Source: an uncultured Candidatus Actinomarina sp. | GTDB lineage: Bacteria; Actinomycetota; Acidimicrobiia; Actinomarinales; Actinomarinaceae | Direction: 5' to 3' | Assembly: GCA_902526825.1 (NCBI GenBank) | Contig: CABZMN010000005.1 | Location: forward strand, 5,032 to 69,031 | Length of the DNA: 64,000 nucleotides | Shown: piece by piece, positions 20,220-29,974 of the stretch | Layout: each line of letters begins with the position of its first letter | Numbering within the stretch: the stretch's first letter is position 1 | Notes under the pieces: model-generated | Seen by the model: the letters and a program-made list of their open reading frames with translations, nothing else | Told to the model about the DNA's origin: nothing | Database searches by the model: none | Program-made: the position numbers and the translations under genes

Positions 20220-21388
20220 ATTAACTTCTTCAAGTTTCGTATATTAAATTCAAATGATTCACTATTTTTTGGATTCTTAATGGTCTTTTCAGTACAGTTT
20301 ATAACATAGTCAACATTGTTTTTTATAGCCTCTTTATACTGTGTGTTCTCTTTACTTTTTCTTATTGGTAAAAGATATTTAATTCCACTCTTATCTAATT
20401 TTTTAGTAACCGAATGAATATCATCAAAATTTTGACCTATCAACATGATTTTTTTTGAAGAAGGTACATAATTTATACAATTAATTATTCTGTCAACACC
20501 AAAAGCAACACCTACTCCTGCAGAATTACCTAGTTTCAAAGATTCAGCAAGCTTATCATACCTACCACCACCACCAAGAACTGTAGCTTTATATACGAAC
20601 TCAAATGTTAAGTCATTGTAGTAATCAAGTCCTCTAACTAATTTTGAGTTTTCTACATATTCGATATTTTCATTGTTTAAGTTAAGTTTTAAATTTTCAT
20701 ATTTATCTAAAGTATCTTCATCTAAATATTGATAAATTACAGGTGCAAGATCAATTATTTCTGAATCTAATGGGTCATTAGAATCCAAAATTCGTAAAGT
20801 ATTTTTACCAATCTTTTCATTACTTTCTTTTGATAGATTATTTTTATTCTTTTTAAAGTAACTTTCTAGTTCTTTTATATAAAGATTTCTTTCTTCAATA
20901 GATCCGATAGTGTTTATATTAAGTTTTGCTTTTATATTTAATTTTTCTAAAAAATTGATTGAGGATTTAATTATCTGTAAATCAGAAAAATCATCAATCG
21001 TACCAATTAATTCGGCTCCTGCTTGAATAAACTCCCTATACCGATTTTTCTGAGGACTTTCATATCGATACATTTTTCCAAAATATGAATACTTTTTTGA
21101 TTCATTTTTAAAAAACTCGTTATGAAATCTAACTACACTAGCAGTTGCTTCGGGCCTTAATACAAGTGATCTATCACCCTTATCTTTAAATTCATACATT
21201 TGTTTTGTAACAATTTCCGAATTCTCTCCAATAGATTTTATAAACAATTCTTTATGTTCAAGAATGGGTAACTCAACTAATTCATACCCATAATCAACAA
21301 ATGCATCACAAAAAGTGTTAAAAATATGTATGTATTTTTCTGATTCTGCACCAAATAAATTTCTAGTGCCTTTTACTTGTTCAATCAT
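20216..21388 (-). CDS. hisS: histidine--tRNA ligase
   Basis: 390 aa with VLRPEATASVVR, MYRYESPQKNRYREF, GGGRYD and GVAFGVDR. Confidence 0.9.
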   Translation of the reverse strand: MIEQVKGTRNLFGAESEKYIHIFNTFCDAFVDYGYELVELPILEHKELFIKSIGENSEIVTKQMYEFKDKGDRSLVLRPEATASVVRFHNEFFKNESKKYSYFGKMYRYESPQKNRYREFIQAGAELIGTIDDFSDLQIIKSSINFLEKLNIKAKLNINTIGSIEERNLYIKELESYFKKNKNNLSKESNEKIGKNTLRILDSNDPLDSEIIDLAPVIYQYLDEDTLDKYENLKLNLNNENIEYVENSKLVRGLDYYNDLTFEFVYKATVLGGGGRYDKLAESLKLGNSAGVGVAFGVDRIINCINYVPSSKKIMLIGQNFDDIHSVTKKLDKSGIKYLLPIRKSKENTQYKEAIKNNVDYVINCTEKTIKNPKNSESFEFNIRNLKKLI

Positions 21389-22007
21389 TCAAATATTCCC
21401 TTACTAGAATATTGTTGTTTTTTATTGATTTTACAGTGTCTTTATCTCCGTGTCCCGGATAGAGAATATAATCATCATGAAATTCTGTAAACACATTATT
21501 TATTGAATGGATCATCTCTTTTGTGTCACCAGTTAATAAATCAGTTCTACCAATTCCATCTTTAAATATAAAATCACCTGTAAAAACTACTCCCAAATTT
21601 GGAAACTCAAATGAACTACTCCCTTTTGTGTGACCAGGATTACTATGTACAAATAATTCCTCATTATTTATATCTTTAACTTCATTCAATTCACCTTGAA
21701 ATGCAATCGATTCGAGATTTAATCCCATAAATGATTTAAGTTGTTCTTCTGGGTTTCTTGCTAATTGTTCGTCATTCAAATCTATATAAATGGATCCATC
21801 AAAACTACTCATACCTAAGGCGTGATCAAAATGTCCGTGAGTTAATAATGCTCCTCCAATACTCAGATTTTCTTTTTTAATATAATCCAGTACAGGATCA
21901 AGATCAGGTGGTAAATCAATGACATAAGATATACCATCAGAAAGACTAGGCGTAACTACGTAACAATTAGAAGTCGTAAAACTTGTGAAAACAAATAAAT
22001 CATCCAC
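21381..22007 (-). CDS. MBL-fold metallo-hydrolase (glyoxalase II-like)
   Basis: 208 aa. THGHFDH metal motif, later HTKGS and GDF. Same position between hisS and rel as mycobacterial Rv2581c. Confidence 0.8.
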   Translation of the reverse strand: MDDLFVFTSFTTSNCYVVTPSLSDGISYVIDLPPDLDPVLDYIKKENLSIGGALLTHGHFDHALGMSSFDGSIYIDLNDEQLARNPEEQLKSFMGLNLESIAFQGELNEVKDINNEELFVHSNPGHTKGSSSFEFPNLGVVFTGDFIFKDGIGRTDLLTGDTKEMIHSINNVFTEFHDDYILYPGHGDKDTVKSIKNNNILVREYLND

Positions 22008-22009
22008 AA

Positions 22010-24169
22010 TTAGTTTCCTGGGTTTGCACGTTGAACGTCAAAAACATTTTCTATATTTTTAGCATCTCTAATTATTGAATCAAGTTGTTCATTTCCACTT
22101 ATTTCAACTTGGAATAATAAAGTCACTATTCTCTTGCTATTAGTAAGTGATTTTGCAACAAGGATATTGCCACCATTGTCTGATATCGCTATTGTTGCAT
22201 CTCTTAATAAGTAAGGTCTATCAATAGCTTCTATTTCTAACCACACAATTGATCCAGTCTGTGCATTGAACCCCCATGAAACATCAATGATTCTCTCACC
22301 TTTAGAACTATCTATTTTAATGTTCAGACAATCAGATCGATGTATTGATATTCCATTTGAAATCGTGATAAAACCTAATATGTCATCACCAGGAACAGGT
22401 ACGCAACATCTTGCCATCCTTACCTTAATATCATCATATCCTTCTACAATTACAAGTTGATCATCGTTTGTTTGATATTTATCTGGTGATAAAATATCTT
22501 CTTCTTCAGAAATCTCTTCAGGAAATACGAATTTTCTAATCTTGTTTCCAACATTGTTTATTTTTATATTTCCATTACCTAAATTTTGATAAATCGATTC
22601 ATTATTAGGATATTTAAGAATGTTTAAAAGTTCATTCAAAATATTATCTTTACTTGAATAATTAAAAATCTCATCATTTTCTTCTAACCAGGAATTTAAT
22701 ATCTGCTTACCCTTTTGTATATCCTCATCCTTAAGCTGTTTTTGATACCATTGCTTAATTTTAGAACGTGCTCGTGACGTCTTTACAAATGTTAACCAGT
22801 CACGACTTGGTCCTTTATTTTTTTCATTTGTAGTTAGTACTTCAACTGTATCACCAGTTGTTAGTCTCGTACTTAAATTTACTAATTTTCCGTTTATTTT
22901 TGCACCAATTAATTTTTCTCCTACTTGTGTATGGACTGAAAAAGCAAAGTCAACAGGTGTTGCACCCTGAGGTAAAGTAATTACGTCTCCCTTTGGTGTT
23001 AAACAAAATACTTCATCTTCATAAAGATCTAATTTCATATGATTTAGAAATTCATTCGGATCAGGATATTCATCTGATAATTCAGATAATGCATTTGTCC
23101 ATTGCTGTGTATCATTTTGTGGCTTTTCTTTATATTTCCAATGAGCAGCTACACCGTATTCAGCTCTATAATGCATATCGTGAGTTCTTATCTGTATCTC
23201 CATTTTTTGACCTGTTTCCGATAGAACTGTTGTATGTAAGCTTTGGTACAGATTGAATTTTGGCATTGAAATAAAGTCTTTGAATCTACCAAGTACTGGT
23301 TGAAAGTTTGCGTGGATTAAACCAAGAATTGTATAACAATTTTTTACATCATCAGTTAAAATTCTTAGACCTATAAGATCATTTATCTCATTAAACGTTA
23401 AACCATTATTGATAATTTTTTTATATATCGAATAATTATGTTTTGGTCTTCCAACGACTTCTGCAGATAAAGAATTCGCAGACAAAAGATCTTCAATTAC
23501 CTTTAATGACTTATTTATATTTTTGTCTCTATTAGGAGCAGTTTTCTCAATTAAATTTTCTATTTCAGAATTTTGATTTTTAAATATCAAACTAAATGAT
23601 ATATCTTCAAGTATGTGTTTTATATTTTGAAGGCCCAACCTATGTGCGAGTGGAGCATATACATATAATGTCTCATTAGCTATTTTCTCTTGTTTGTAAT
23701 CTGCTAGATACTGAATAGTTTGTATGTTGTGGAGTCTATCGGCAAGTTTTAATATTAAGACTCTTATATCTTTAGACATAGCAATAACCATTTTCCTTAT
23801 TGCATCTGCTTGTGCTTCCTCATTTGAGTTATATTGGATTTTATCTAATTTCGTTACACCATCAACTATATTTGCTATTTCACTTCCGAATTCTTTTTTT
23901 ATATCTTTAAAAGTAACATCTGTATCTTCAATTAAATCATGCAAAATAGCTGATACAACTGTTTCAATATCCATACTTAAATCAGCTAAATAGGTAGCAA
24001 CCTGTAAAGGATGTGTGATATATGGTTCTCCAGAAGCTCTTTTTTGATTTAAATGTCCTTCGGACGCATATAAATATGCTTTTTTTAGTATTTCTTCATC
24101 ATTTTTAAATTTAGAATACAAGTTTTTAATAAGCTCATCTGCATCAAGTAAATCAAGATTTTTAACCAT
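22010..24169 (-). CDS. rel: bifunctional (p)ppGpp synthetase/hydrolase (RSH)
   Basis: 719 aa. HD hydrolase domain (HPLQVA...LHDLIEDT), synthetase domain (GRPKHNYSIYKK...EIQIRT), and TGS and ACT-like C-terminal domains. Confidence 0.93.
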   Translation of the reverse strand: MVKNLDLLDADELIKNLYSKFKNDEEILKKAYLYASEGHLNQKRASGEPYITHPLQVATYLADLSMDIETVVSAILHDLIEDTDVTFKDIKKEFGSEIANIVDGVTKLDKIQYNSNEEAQADAIRKMVIAMSKDIRVLILKLADRLHNIQTIQYLADYKQEKIANETLYVYAPLAHRLGLQNIKHILEDISFSLIFKNQNSEIENLIEKTAPNRDKNINKSLKVIEDLLSANSLSAEVVGRPKHNYSIYKKIINNGLTFNEINDLIGLRILTDDVKNCYTILGLIHANFQPVLGRFKDFISMPKFNLYQSLHTTVLSETGQKMEIQIRTHDMHYRAEYGVAAHWKYKEKPQNDTQQWTNALSELSDEYPDPNEFLNHMKLDLYEDEVFCLTPKGDVITLPQGATPVDFAFSVHTQVGEKLIGAKINGKLVNLSTRLTTGDTVEVLTTNEKNKGPSRDWLTFVKTSRARSKIKQWYQKQLKDEDIQKGKQILNSWLEENDEIFNYSSKDNILNELLNILKYPNNESIYQNLGNGNIKINNVGNKIRKFVFPEEISEEEDILSPDKYQTNDDQLVIVEGYDDIKVRMARCCVPVPGDDILGFITISNGISIHRSDCLNIKIDSSKGERIIDVSWGFNAQTGSIVWLEIEAIDRPYLLRDATIAISDNGGNILVAKSLTNSKRIVTLLFQVEISGNEQLDSIIRDAKNIENVFDVQRANPGN

Positions 24170-24190
24170 AAATTAATGGTACTAGTTTTT

Positions 24191-25096
24191 TTATTTATTA
24201 ATTATCCTTGATAAAAATGGAATAGTTACAAATATTGAGCTGTACGTTCCAGATATTATTCCAATAAATAGAGGTAAAGCAAAATCAGTTAGGGTTCCGG
24301 ATAAACCAATTATATTACCAAGAAACAATATAGAAGCTATTGGCACAGCTGATGTAATTGATGTATTGATACTTCTCATTAATATCTCATTAAACGTTTT
24401 GTTTAAAGTTTTTATAGATAAATTACTTTCTTTATTCATTCTCTGACTATCTCTTAATTTATCAAAAAGTATTACAGTATCGTAAAGTGAATAACCAAGA
24501 ATAGTTAAAAGTGCAATGACTGTTGATGGTGTTATTTCAAAATTCAACAATAAATAAATCGTTGTACAAATTAATAGATCATGAATCAAAGCTATTAATG
24601 CAACTATAGAAAATCTAAACTGGAATCTAATTGATATAAGTAAAACTATAAAAGATAAGAATATTACAAGCGCTCGTATTCCCTTAGTTGTAATTTCTTG
24701 TCCAAATGTTGGTCCTACACGTTGGAACTCGATTTCATTACTGTTGACATTAAACTTATTTGCAAGATAATTTAAGAATTCAGTTTCTTGGGATTGTGAT
24801 CCCTCAACAGCTCTGAATAAAACAGTATTTGAATTTTCATATGTTTGATATCTTGAAACTTCTAATATGTTATTGGTTAGTACTTCATCTATATCAGATT
24901 TTGAATACTCACTTGTCAATTGATAAGTTGTACCACCTGTAAAATCGATTGAGAAATTTAAATTTAATATACCTATAGCAGCACAAATTAATACAGTAAG
25001 AAAAATAACAATTTCAACAATAAATATTTTCTGAAGTAATTTACGTTTATTGTAAAAATCGATATTTGTATTGCCTAGAAATAAATTTTTAAACAT
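24191..25096 (-). CDS. secF: protein translocase subunit SecF
   Basis: The SecF pattern begins at MFKNLFLGNTNIDFYNKRK (ATG at 25096, overlapping the secD stop by 8 nt). The track ORF extension to 25222 lies inside secD and is not credible. Confidence 0.9.
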   Translation of the reverse strand: MFKNLFLGNTNIDFYNKRKLLQKIFIVEIVIFLTVLICAAIGILNLNFSIDFTGGTTYQLTSEYSKSDIDEVLTNNILEVSRYQTYENSNTVLFRAVEGSQSQETEFLNYLANKFNVNSNEIEFQRVGPTFGQEITTKGIRALVIFLSFIVLLISIRFQFRFSIVALIALIHDLLICTTIYLLLNFEITPSTVIALLTILGYSLYDTVILFDKLRDSQRMNKESNLSIKTLNKTFNEILMRSINTSITSAVPIASILFLGNIIGLSGTLTDFALPLFIGIISGTYSSIFVTIPFLSRIINK

Positions 25097-26534
25097 TGGT
25101 AATATCCTTATTTTTAATAGGAAACATGAATCTAGAGTTTGTAATATTTGAAACAACAACAGGTACAACATTCCTTGTATAAAGACGCGTGAATAATAAA
25201 TCAAAAATTGTTGCAATACCAAGTACTAATGCAAAACCACGTATTGGACCTACAGCTAAAATATAAAGTAAAAAAGCTGCAGATAATGATACAAAATCAG
25301 CAGTTAATATTGTTTTCCATGATTCGTCTACAGCTTTATTTGCTGCAAATTCGAAAGATCTTCCAACTTTAATTTCATCTTTTAGTTTTTCAAAAGTAAC
25401 AATATAAGAATCCGCAGCTAGACCAATTGAAACAATAATTCCAGCAATACCTGCAAGTGTTAATGTAAATCCTTGTAAATTTCCTAAAACTGAAATTACT
25501 GAATAAAACAAAAGCCCAAACATTGATAAACCAAATACGGATATGAAACCTAGAAAACGGTAATAAAGAATGATTATTATCGAAATTACAATTAGACCAA
25601 TTAATCCAGCTTGCAACCCAAGATTTAATGTGTCCTCTCCTAAACTTGCGGAAACTTTCTGAATGGAAGATCTTTCAAAAGATACTGGCAATGCACCATA
25701 TCTCAAAATTACAGCAAGATTATTTGCTGACTCCCCTGTGTCCGTATTTCCCATCGATATTGCTGCTGTTCCACCTGTTATACCTATATCAGGATTGACA
25801 TCTAGAGCTATACCTGGTGCTGAGACTATTTCACCATCTAAGACAATAGCTAATCGTCTTTTATCACCAGTTTCTCTTGCTAATTGTTTTGTTAAATCTG
25901 TAAATTTAACAGCTGAAGAGTCTTTAAATTCTAAAGATACTATCCATTCATTCTCAGGGTATGCTGCAATTGCATCTTCAATATCATTACCAGTTAAGAC
26001 TGCTGGACCTAATTTATAAATTACAGGGTAACTTGATGTTATAGATAAAAGATATGATTCAGTATTTGGGTTATCAACTAAAGTAATTCCAATTTCTTCA
26101 TCAACACCAGGCGCTGATACTTTAATAGGATTCTCTGGATCATCGGGATTAAGAAGATATTCAAAAGCAGGTGAATATCCAGTATCAAAAGAGGAAGCTA
26201 GTACTGGTCTAAACGTCAATAAGCCAGTTGCACCTAGAGCTTCAATTGCGCGTTCTTGATCTGTAACTCCTGGAAGTTGAACTAGAACAGCATTATTTCC
26301 ACTTATAGATATTTCTGGTTCTTGTACGTCACCAAATGCCTCAATTCTTGTTCTCATAATTTCAACAGACTTCTCTAAAACTTCTGGATCAGTATCCTGA
26401 TCAGCTGTAAGTATTACAGAGATCCCACCTTGTAAATCTAAACCAAGTTTTGGTGATAAAGATGATTGATATACGTAAACAAATAAACCAATTGCGAGGA
26501 TAGGTAGAAAAAGAAATTTAAGGGTTCGTCTCAT
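25089..26534 (-). CDS. secD: protein translocase subunit SecD
   Basis: 481 aa. LGLDLQGGISV, a periplasmic-type loop and six C-terminal TM segments. yajC-secD-secF order. Confidence 0.9.
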   Translation of the reverse strand: MRRTLKFLFLPILAIGLFVYVYQSSLSPKLGLDLQGGISVILTADQDTDPEVLEKSVEIMRTRIEAFGDVQEPEISISGNNAVLVQLPGVTDQERAIEALGATGLLTFRPVLASSFDTGYSPAFEYLLNPDDPENPIKVSAPGVDEEIGITLVDNPNTESYLLSITSSYPVIYKLGPAVLTGNDIEDAIAAYPENEWIVSLEFKDSSAVKFTDLTKQLARETGDKRRLAIVLDGEIVSAPGIALDVNPDIGITGGTAAISMGNTDTGESANNLAVILRYGALPVSFERSSIQKVSASLGEDTLNLGLQAGLIGLIVISIIIILYYRFLGFISVFGLSMFGLLFYSVISVLGNLQGFTLTLAGIAGIIVSIGLAADSYIVTFEKLKDEIKVGRSFEFAANKAVDESWKTILTADFVSLSAAFLLYILAVGPIRGFALVLGIATIFDLLFTRLYTRNVVPVVVSNITNSRFMFPIKNKDITNV

Positions 26535-26782
26535 GAAATACTATTAATAAATGATGTCTTAATTTTTATTTCACCATTTTTAAGAACTAATGTAACCGTA
26601 TCATCACTTATAGATGTAACTCTTCCATAAATACCAGAATCTGTAATTACATCCTCACCAATTTTTAGGTTTTCTACAAATTCTTTGTGTTTCTTATTTC
26701 GTCTTCGTTGAGGTAGGTATAAAACTGCATAAAATATTACAAATACAAAAACTAAAGGTAATAAAGATACAACGTCACTCAT
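26531..26782 (-). CDS. yajC: preprotein translocase subunit YajC
   Basis: 83 aa. Single TM segment followed by PQRRRNKKHKEFVENLKIGEDVIT.GIYG.V. Confidence 0.8.
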   Translation of the reverse strand: MSDVVSLLPLVFVFVIFYAVLYLPQRRRNKKHKEFVENLKIGEDVITDSGIYGRVTSISDDTVTLVLKNGEIKIKTSFINSIS

Positions 26783-27851
26783 TTATAAATTCCTTTTTAA
26801 AACTTTCAAAACTTGAGTTTAATATACTTTCTCTTGCTTCTTCAATAATTTGTTCTGTTTGAATTATATTATGAACAGTTAAATATAACCAAGAAGTTGT
26901 ATTTTCATTTTGAAAAAGATGACGTAAGTAAGCTTTTGAATAATTTAAACAGGTAAAGCAATTGCAATTAATATCTATAGGATTTTCATCATTCTTAAAT
27001 TTTTGATTTTTTATATTGATGTATGAATTACGAGTTATTAATTTTCCATGCCTTGCAAGTCTTGCAGGCCAAACACAATCAAACATGTCAACACCAGAAT
27101 CAATCAAATCAATTAAACCTACGGTGTCACCTAAACCCATAACATATCTTGGCTTATCTATTGGAAGTATTGAATTTAAATGTTCTACGACCGTTTTTCT
27201 TTCATTACTTGTTTCGCCGATTGCTAATCCACCTATTGCATATCCGTCAAAATTTAATTCAATCATTGATTTTGCTGAAGTTTCTCTTAAATCAAGATTT
27301 AGACCTCCTTGGACTATGCCAAACAAATCTTGTTTATTGTTTTTATGCACACTTTTTGCTTTTTCAGCCCACTGACTTGTTATTTCTATTGCTTTCATTT
27401 GATCATCATATGATCTGTCATAATCAATTAAATAATCAAATATCATTGCAATATTGCTGCCTAAAAGATTTTGTGTGTTTATTGATTCTTCAGGAGTCAT
27501 TTTAAAAAAGGATCCATCATAAATATTTTTAAATTCAATACCATCATTTAATAATTTTGTTGGTAATGACCAAGCTTGAAAACCTCCAGAGTCAGTAAGT
27601 ATTAATTTATCCCAGTTCATAAATTTATGTAATCCACCTAAATCATTTATTGACTGGGCCCCTGGTCTTAGATGAAGATGGTATGCATTAGCTAGAAGTA
27701 TTGATGTCTTATCTAGATATTGATGAGGAGTAGATTTAATTGCACCTCTTGTAGCAACAGGCATAAATGTAGGAGTCTGTACTTCAATATTATTTATAGA
27801 CAATGTCCCAGCTCGAGCATTTTTGTCATTTGAAATTAATTTATATGCCAT
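26775..27851 (-). CDS. tgt: tRNA-guanine transglycosylase
   Basis: 358 aa. TPTFMPVATRGAIKS, LTDSGGFQ, GLAIGE and zinc site CNCFTC...YLRHL. Confidence 0.93.
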   Translation of the reverse strand: MAYKLISNDKNARAGTLSINNIEVQTPTFMPVATRGAIKSTPHQYLDKTSILLANAYHLHLRPGAQSINDLGGLHKFMNWDKLILTDSGGFQAWSLPTKLLNDGIEFKNIYDGSFFKMTPEESINTQNLLGSNIAMIFDYLIDYDRSYDDQMKAIEITSQWAEKAKSVHKNNKQDLFGIVQGGLNLDLRETSAKSMIELNFDGYAIGGLAIGETSNERKTVVEHLNSILPIDKPRYVMGLGDTVGLIDLIDSGVDMFDCVWPARLARHGKLITRNSYINIKNQKFKNDENPIDINCNCFTCLNYSKAYLRHLFQNENTTSWLYLTVHNIIQTEQIIEEARESILNSSFESFKKEFINE

Positions 27852-28851
27852 TGATTTTTATTTTAAACATTACTGCATCACCAAAACTTAGGAACTTCAT
27901 ATTATTTTCTAAAGCAAAAGCATAAAGATTTTTCCAGGAGTCGCCATAAATAGCTTGAACAATTGACAGTAATGAACTCTTAGGAGCATGAAAGTTTGTT
28001 ATTAGATAGTCTGCAACATTAAATTTGAATCCTTTTGTTATAAACAAATTTGTATTCCCTTTAAACGTAGAAGTTTTATATACATGCTCTAAAGTTCTTA
28101 ATGTTGTCGTACCAACACAAACAATATTATATCCATTCTTTTTTTTGGCAATTATTTCATTGTAAGTTGCCTCATTAATCTCATAATCTTCAGAATGTAT
28201 ATCATAATCTTCTACGTATTCAGTACTAATAGGTTTGAATGTACCGAGGCCAATATCGAGATTAAGGAATTTTATATAAGTATCATTTTTTTCCAATTGT
28301 TGAAATAAATTTGGAGTGAAATGAAGAGCAGCTGTAGATGCAGCCACTGAAAATCCATTCTCACTAAAAAAAGTCTTGTAGTGTTCATATTTATAATCCA
28401 TATCATCAATGTATGGTGGCAAAGGAGTTGATCCATATTTATTGATTATTTGTTCTAAGGGTAAAGAAAATTTTATTCTGAATCCATCGTTTACATTTTT
28501 GATAATATTTATTGAGAAATTTTCAAGATCAATTTGTTCTCCAATTATCTTTTTTCCATTAAATTTAAGTAAACAATCTGCTGAATATTCATCAACTATC
28601 TTAAGTATGAATATTTCAACGTTTCCATGGGTATGTTTTTTAATCGTTTTGACTCTTACATCTATAACTTGAGAGTTGTTAAAGACAAGTAATGAACGGT
28701 TTGGAACTATATTATCTATATTTTCAAATTTATGAATTATCATACTTTCAGCATCAAGAATTTTCGAATCCTCTGGATTTGTGTATGGGTCTTGGGCTAT
28801 AGAAGATTTTGGTAGATGATAATCTAAATTAGAAATATGGGTTTTGTTCAA
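27841..28851 (-). CDS. queA: S-adenosylmethionine:tRNA ribosyltransferase-isomerase
   Basis: 336 aa. LDYHLPKSSIAQDP, AASTAALHFT, VGTTTLRTLE and FLSFGDAM-like C-terminus. Confidence 0.9.
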   Translation of the reverse strand: MNKTHISNLDYHLPKSSIAQDPYTNPEDSKILDAESMIIHKFENIDNIVPNRSLLVFNNSQVIDVRVKTIKKHTHGNVEIFILKIVDEYSADCLLKFNGKKIIGEQIDLENFSINIIKNVNDGFRIKFSLPLEQIINKYGSTPLPPYIDDMDYKYEHYKTFFSENGFSVAASTAALHFTPNLFQQLEKNDTYIKFLNLDIGLGTFKPISTEYVEDYDIHSEDYEINEATYNEIIAKKKNGYNIVCVGTTTLRTLEHVYKTSTFKGNTNLFITKGFKFNVADYLITNFHAPKSSLLSIVQAIYGDSWKNLYAFALENNMKFLSFGDAVMFKIKINGI

Positions 28852-29205
28852 TTACTTATTTAAAAGTTTAATAAAAAGTTCATATGACATTGATACAACT
28901 TCTGGCATTCCATCATTTGTTCGTCTTTTGTTGTCACCCTGTCTCTTAAGTTTTTTCCAAAATAAGACCGTATTTTCATCGGTTGACTTTTCAATTGCTT
29001 TACCAAGTGACTGATGTAAATTTAGATTTTGTCGTGATTTTGCTTCAATAAAATACTCTTCTCCGTCAACAAACAATTGTATGTCACCCAAATCATTAGA
29101 ACCACCTTCAGCAAAACGTTGAGCTTTCATATTTGAATTTTCATTCAATCTTTTTACGATATTTGATTCGTATGTAGTTCCCTGTTTTTTTGCTTTATTA
29201 ACCAC
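28852..29205 (-). CDS. small PD-(D/E)xK nuclease, Hjc/YraN-like (candidate Holliday junction resolvase)
   Basis: 117 aa. G9-TTY-E13...R30-FAEGGS36-N-D38-LG-D41-IQL...I-E54-A-K56 reproduces the E / D / ExK pattern and spacing of archaeal Hjc-type resolvases. Abuts queA with 0 nt spacing and lies 19 nt after yebC. Confidence 0.55.
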   Translation of the reverse strand: MVNKAKKQGTTYESNIVKRLNENSNMKAQRFAEGGSNDLGDIQLFVDGEEYFIEAKSRQNLNLHQSLGKAIEKSTDENTVLFWKKLKRQGDNKRRTNDGMPEVVSMSYELFIKLLNK

Positions 29206-29224
29206 ACAATAATTGTAGCTAAAA

Positions 29225-29974
29225 TTATTCTGTTATTGCTTTTTCTAATAGTTTGTTATCAATGTCAAAATTTGCATATACGTTTTGAACATCATCTAAA
29301 TCTTCTAATGCTTCTATCAACTTCGACAATAAGTTAAATTTTTCAATATCTAAATTTACAGAACTGGATGGTAAATAAGCGATCTCGGAATTTACTAAGT
29401 TAAAACCTGAATTTCTAAATAATTGATCTACTTTCTGAAATTCAGAAGGTTGAAATTCAAACGTTACACCGGCTTCATTTTCTTGAATATCCATACAATT
29501 ATTTTCTATTGCAAGATCTATTATCTCTTCTTTATATTCATCAAATTGAAATATTGCTTTTCTTGAAAATAAGTAATTAACACTTCCAGGAGATCCGGTA
29601 TTCCCTTCATATTTATTAAAAGTTGCTTTTACATCTGATGAAGTTCTATTTCTATTGTCAGTGACGCATTCAACTAATATTGCAACACCATTTGGTCCAT
29701 AACCTTCATATGTAATCTCATCAAATGATTCAGTTGATGAATCACCTGACATTCTTTTTAACGCATTGTCAATATTTGAATTGGGTACTGAATTTGATTT
29801 GGCTTTACTAATCGCTTGATAAAGTGCAGCATTATTATTTGGATCAGCTCCACCATTTTTGGCTGCAACTTCGATACCCCTAATTAGTTTGGCAAATAAT
29901 TTTCCTCTTTTAGCATCATTTGCACCTTTTTTTCTTTTTATCGTTGACCACTTAGAGTGACCTGACATTAACAC
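29225..29974 (-). CDS. yebC: YebC/PmpR family transcriptional regulator
   Basis: 249 aa with MSGHSKWSTIKRKKGANDAKRGKLF. The likely start is the third codon (29968). Confidence 0.93.
   Translation of the reverse strand: MLMSGHSKWSTIKRKKGANDAKRGKLFAKLIRGIEVAAKNGGADPNNNAALYQAISKAKSNSVPNSNIDNALKRMSGDSSTESFDEITYEGYGPNGVAILVECVTDNRNRTSSDVKATFNKYEGNTGSPGSVNYLFSRKAIFQFDEYKEEIIDLAIENNCMDIQENEAGVTFEFQPSEFQKVDQLFRNSGFNLVNSEIAYLPSSSVNLDIEKFNLLSKLIEALEDLDDVQNVYANFDIDNKLLEKAITE

Noticed and set aside
25097-25222. N-terminal extensions offered by the ORF track: secF to 25222, ribH to 5538 and the TauE permease to 54563.
   Set aside because: The extensions run through the upstream gene in another frame and do not resemble the protein families. 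Internal ATGs (25096, 5502, 54671) give canonical N-termini and short start/stop overlaps.
25663-26019. Antisense ORFs of 60-119 aa inside well-supported genes. Examples are 488..676, 1967..2170, 4399..4683, 5730..5972, 7779..8003, 13981..14295, 25663..26019, 27016..27505, 33368..33709, 56460..57083 and 58814..59104.
   Set aside because: Each lies wholly or mostly opposite a gene with strong motif support. Their products are low-complexity or hydrophobic, which is typical of antisense frames, and none has a recognisable motif or plausible start context.
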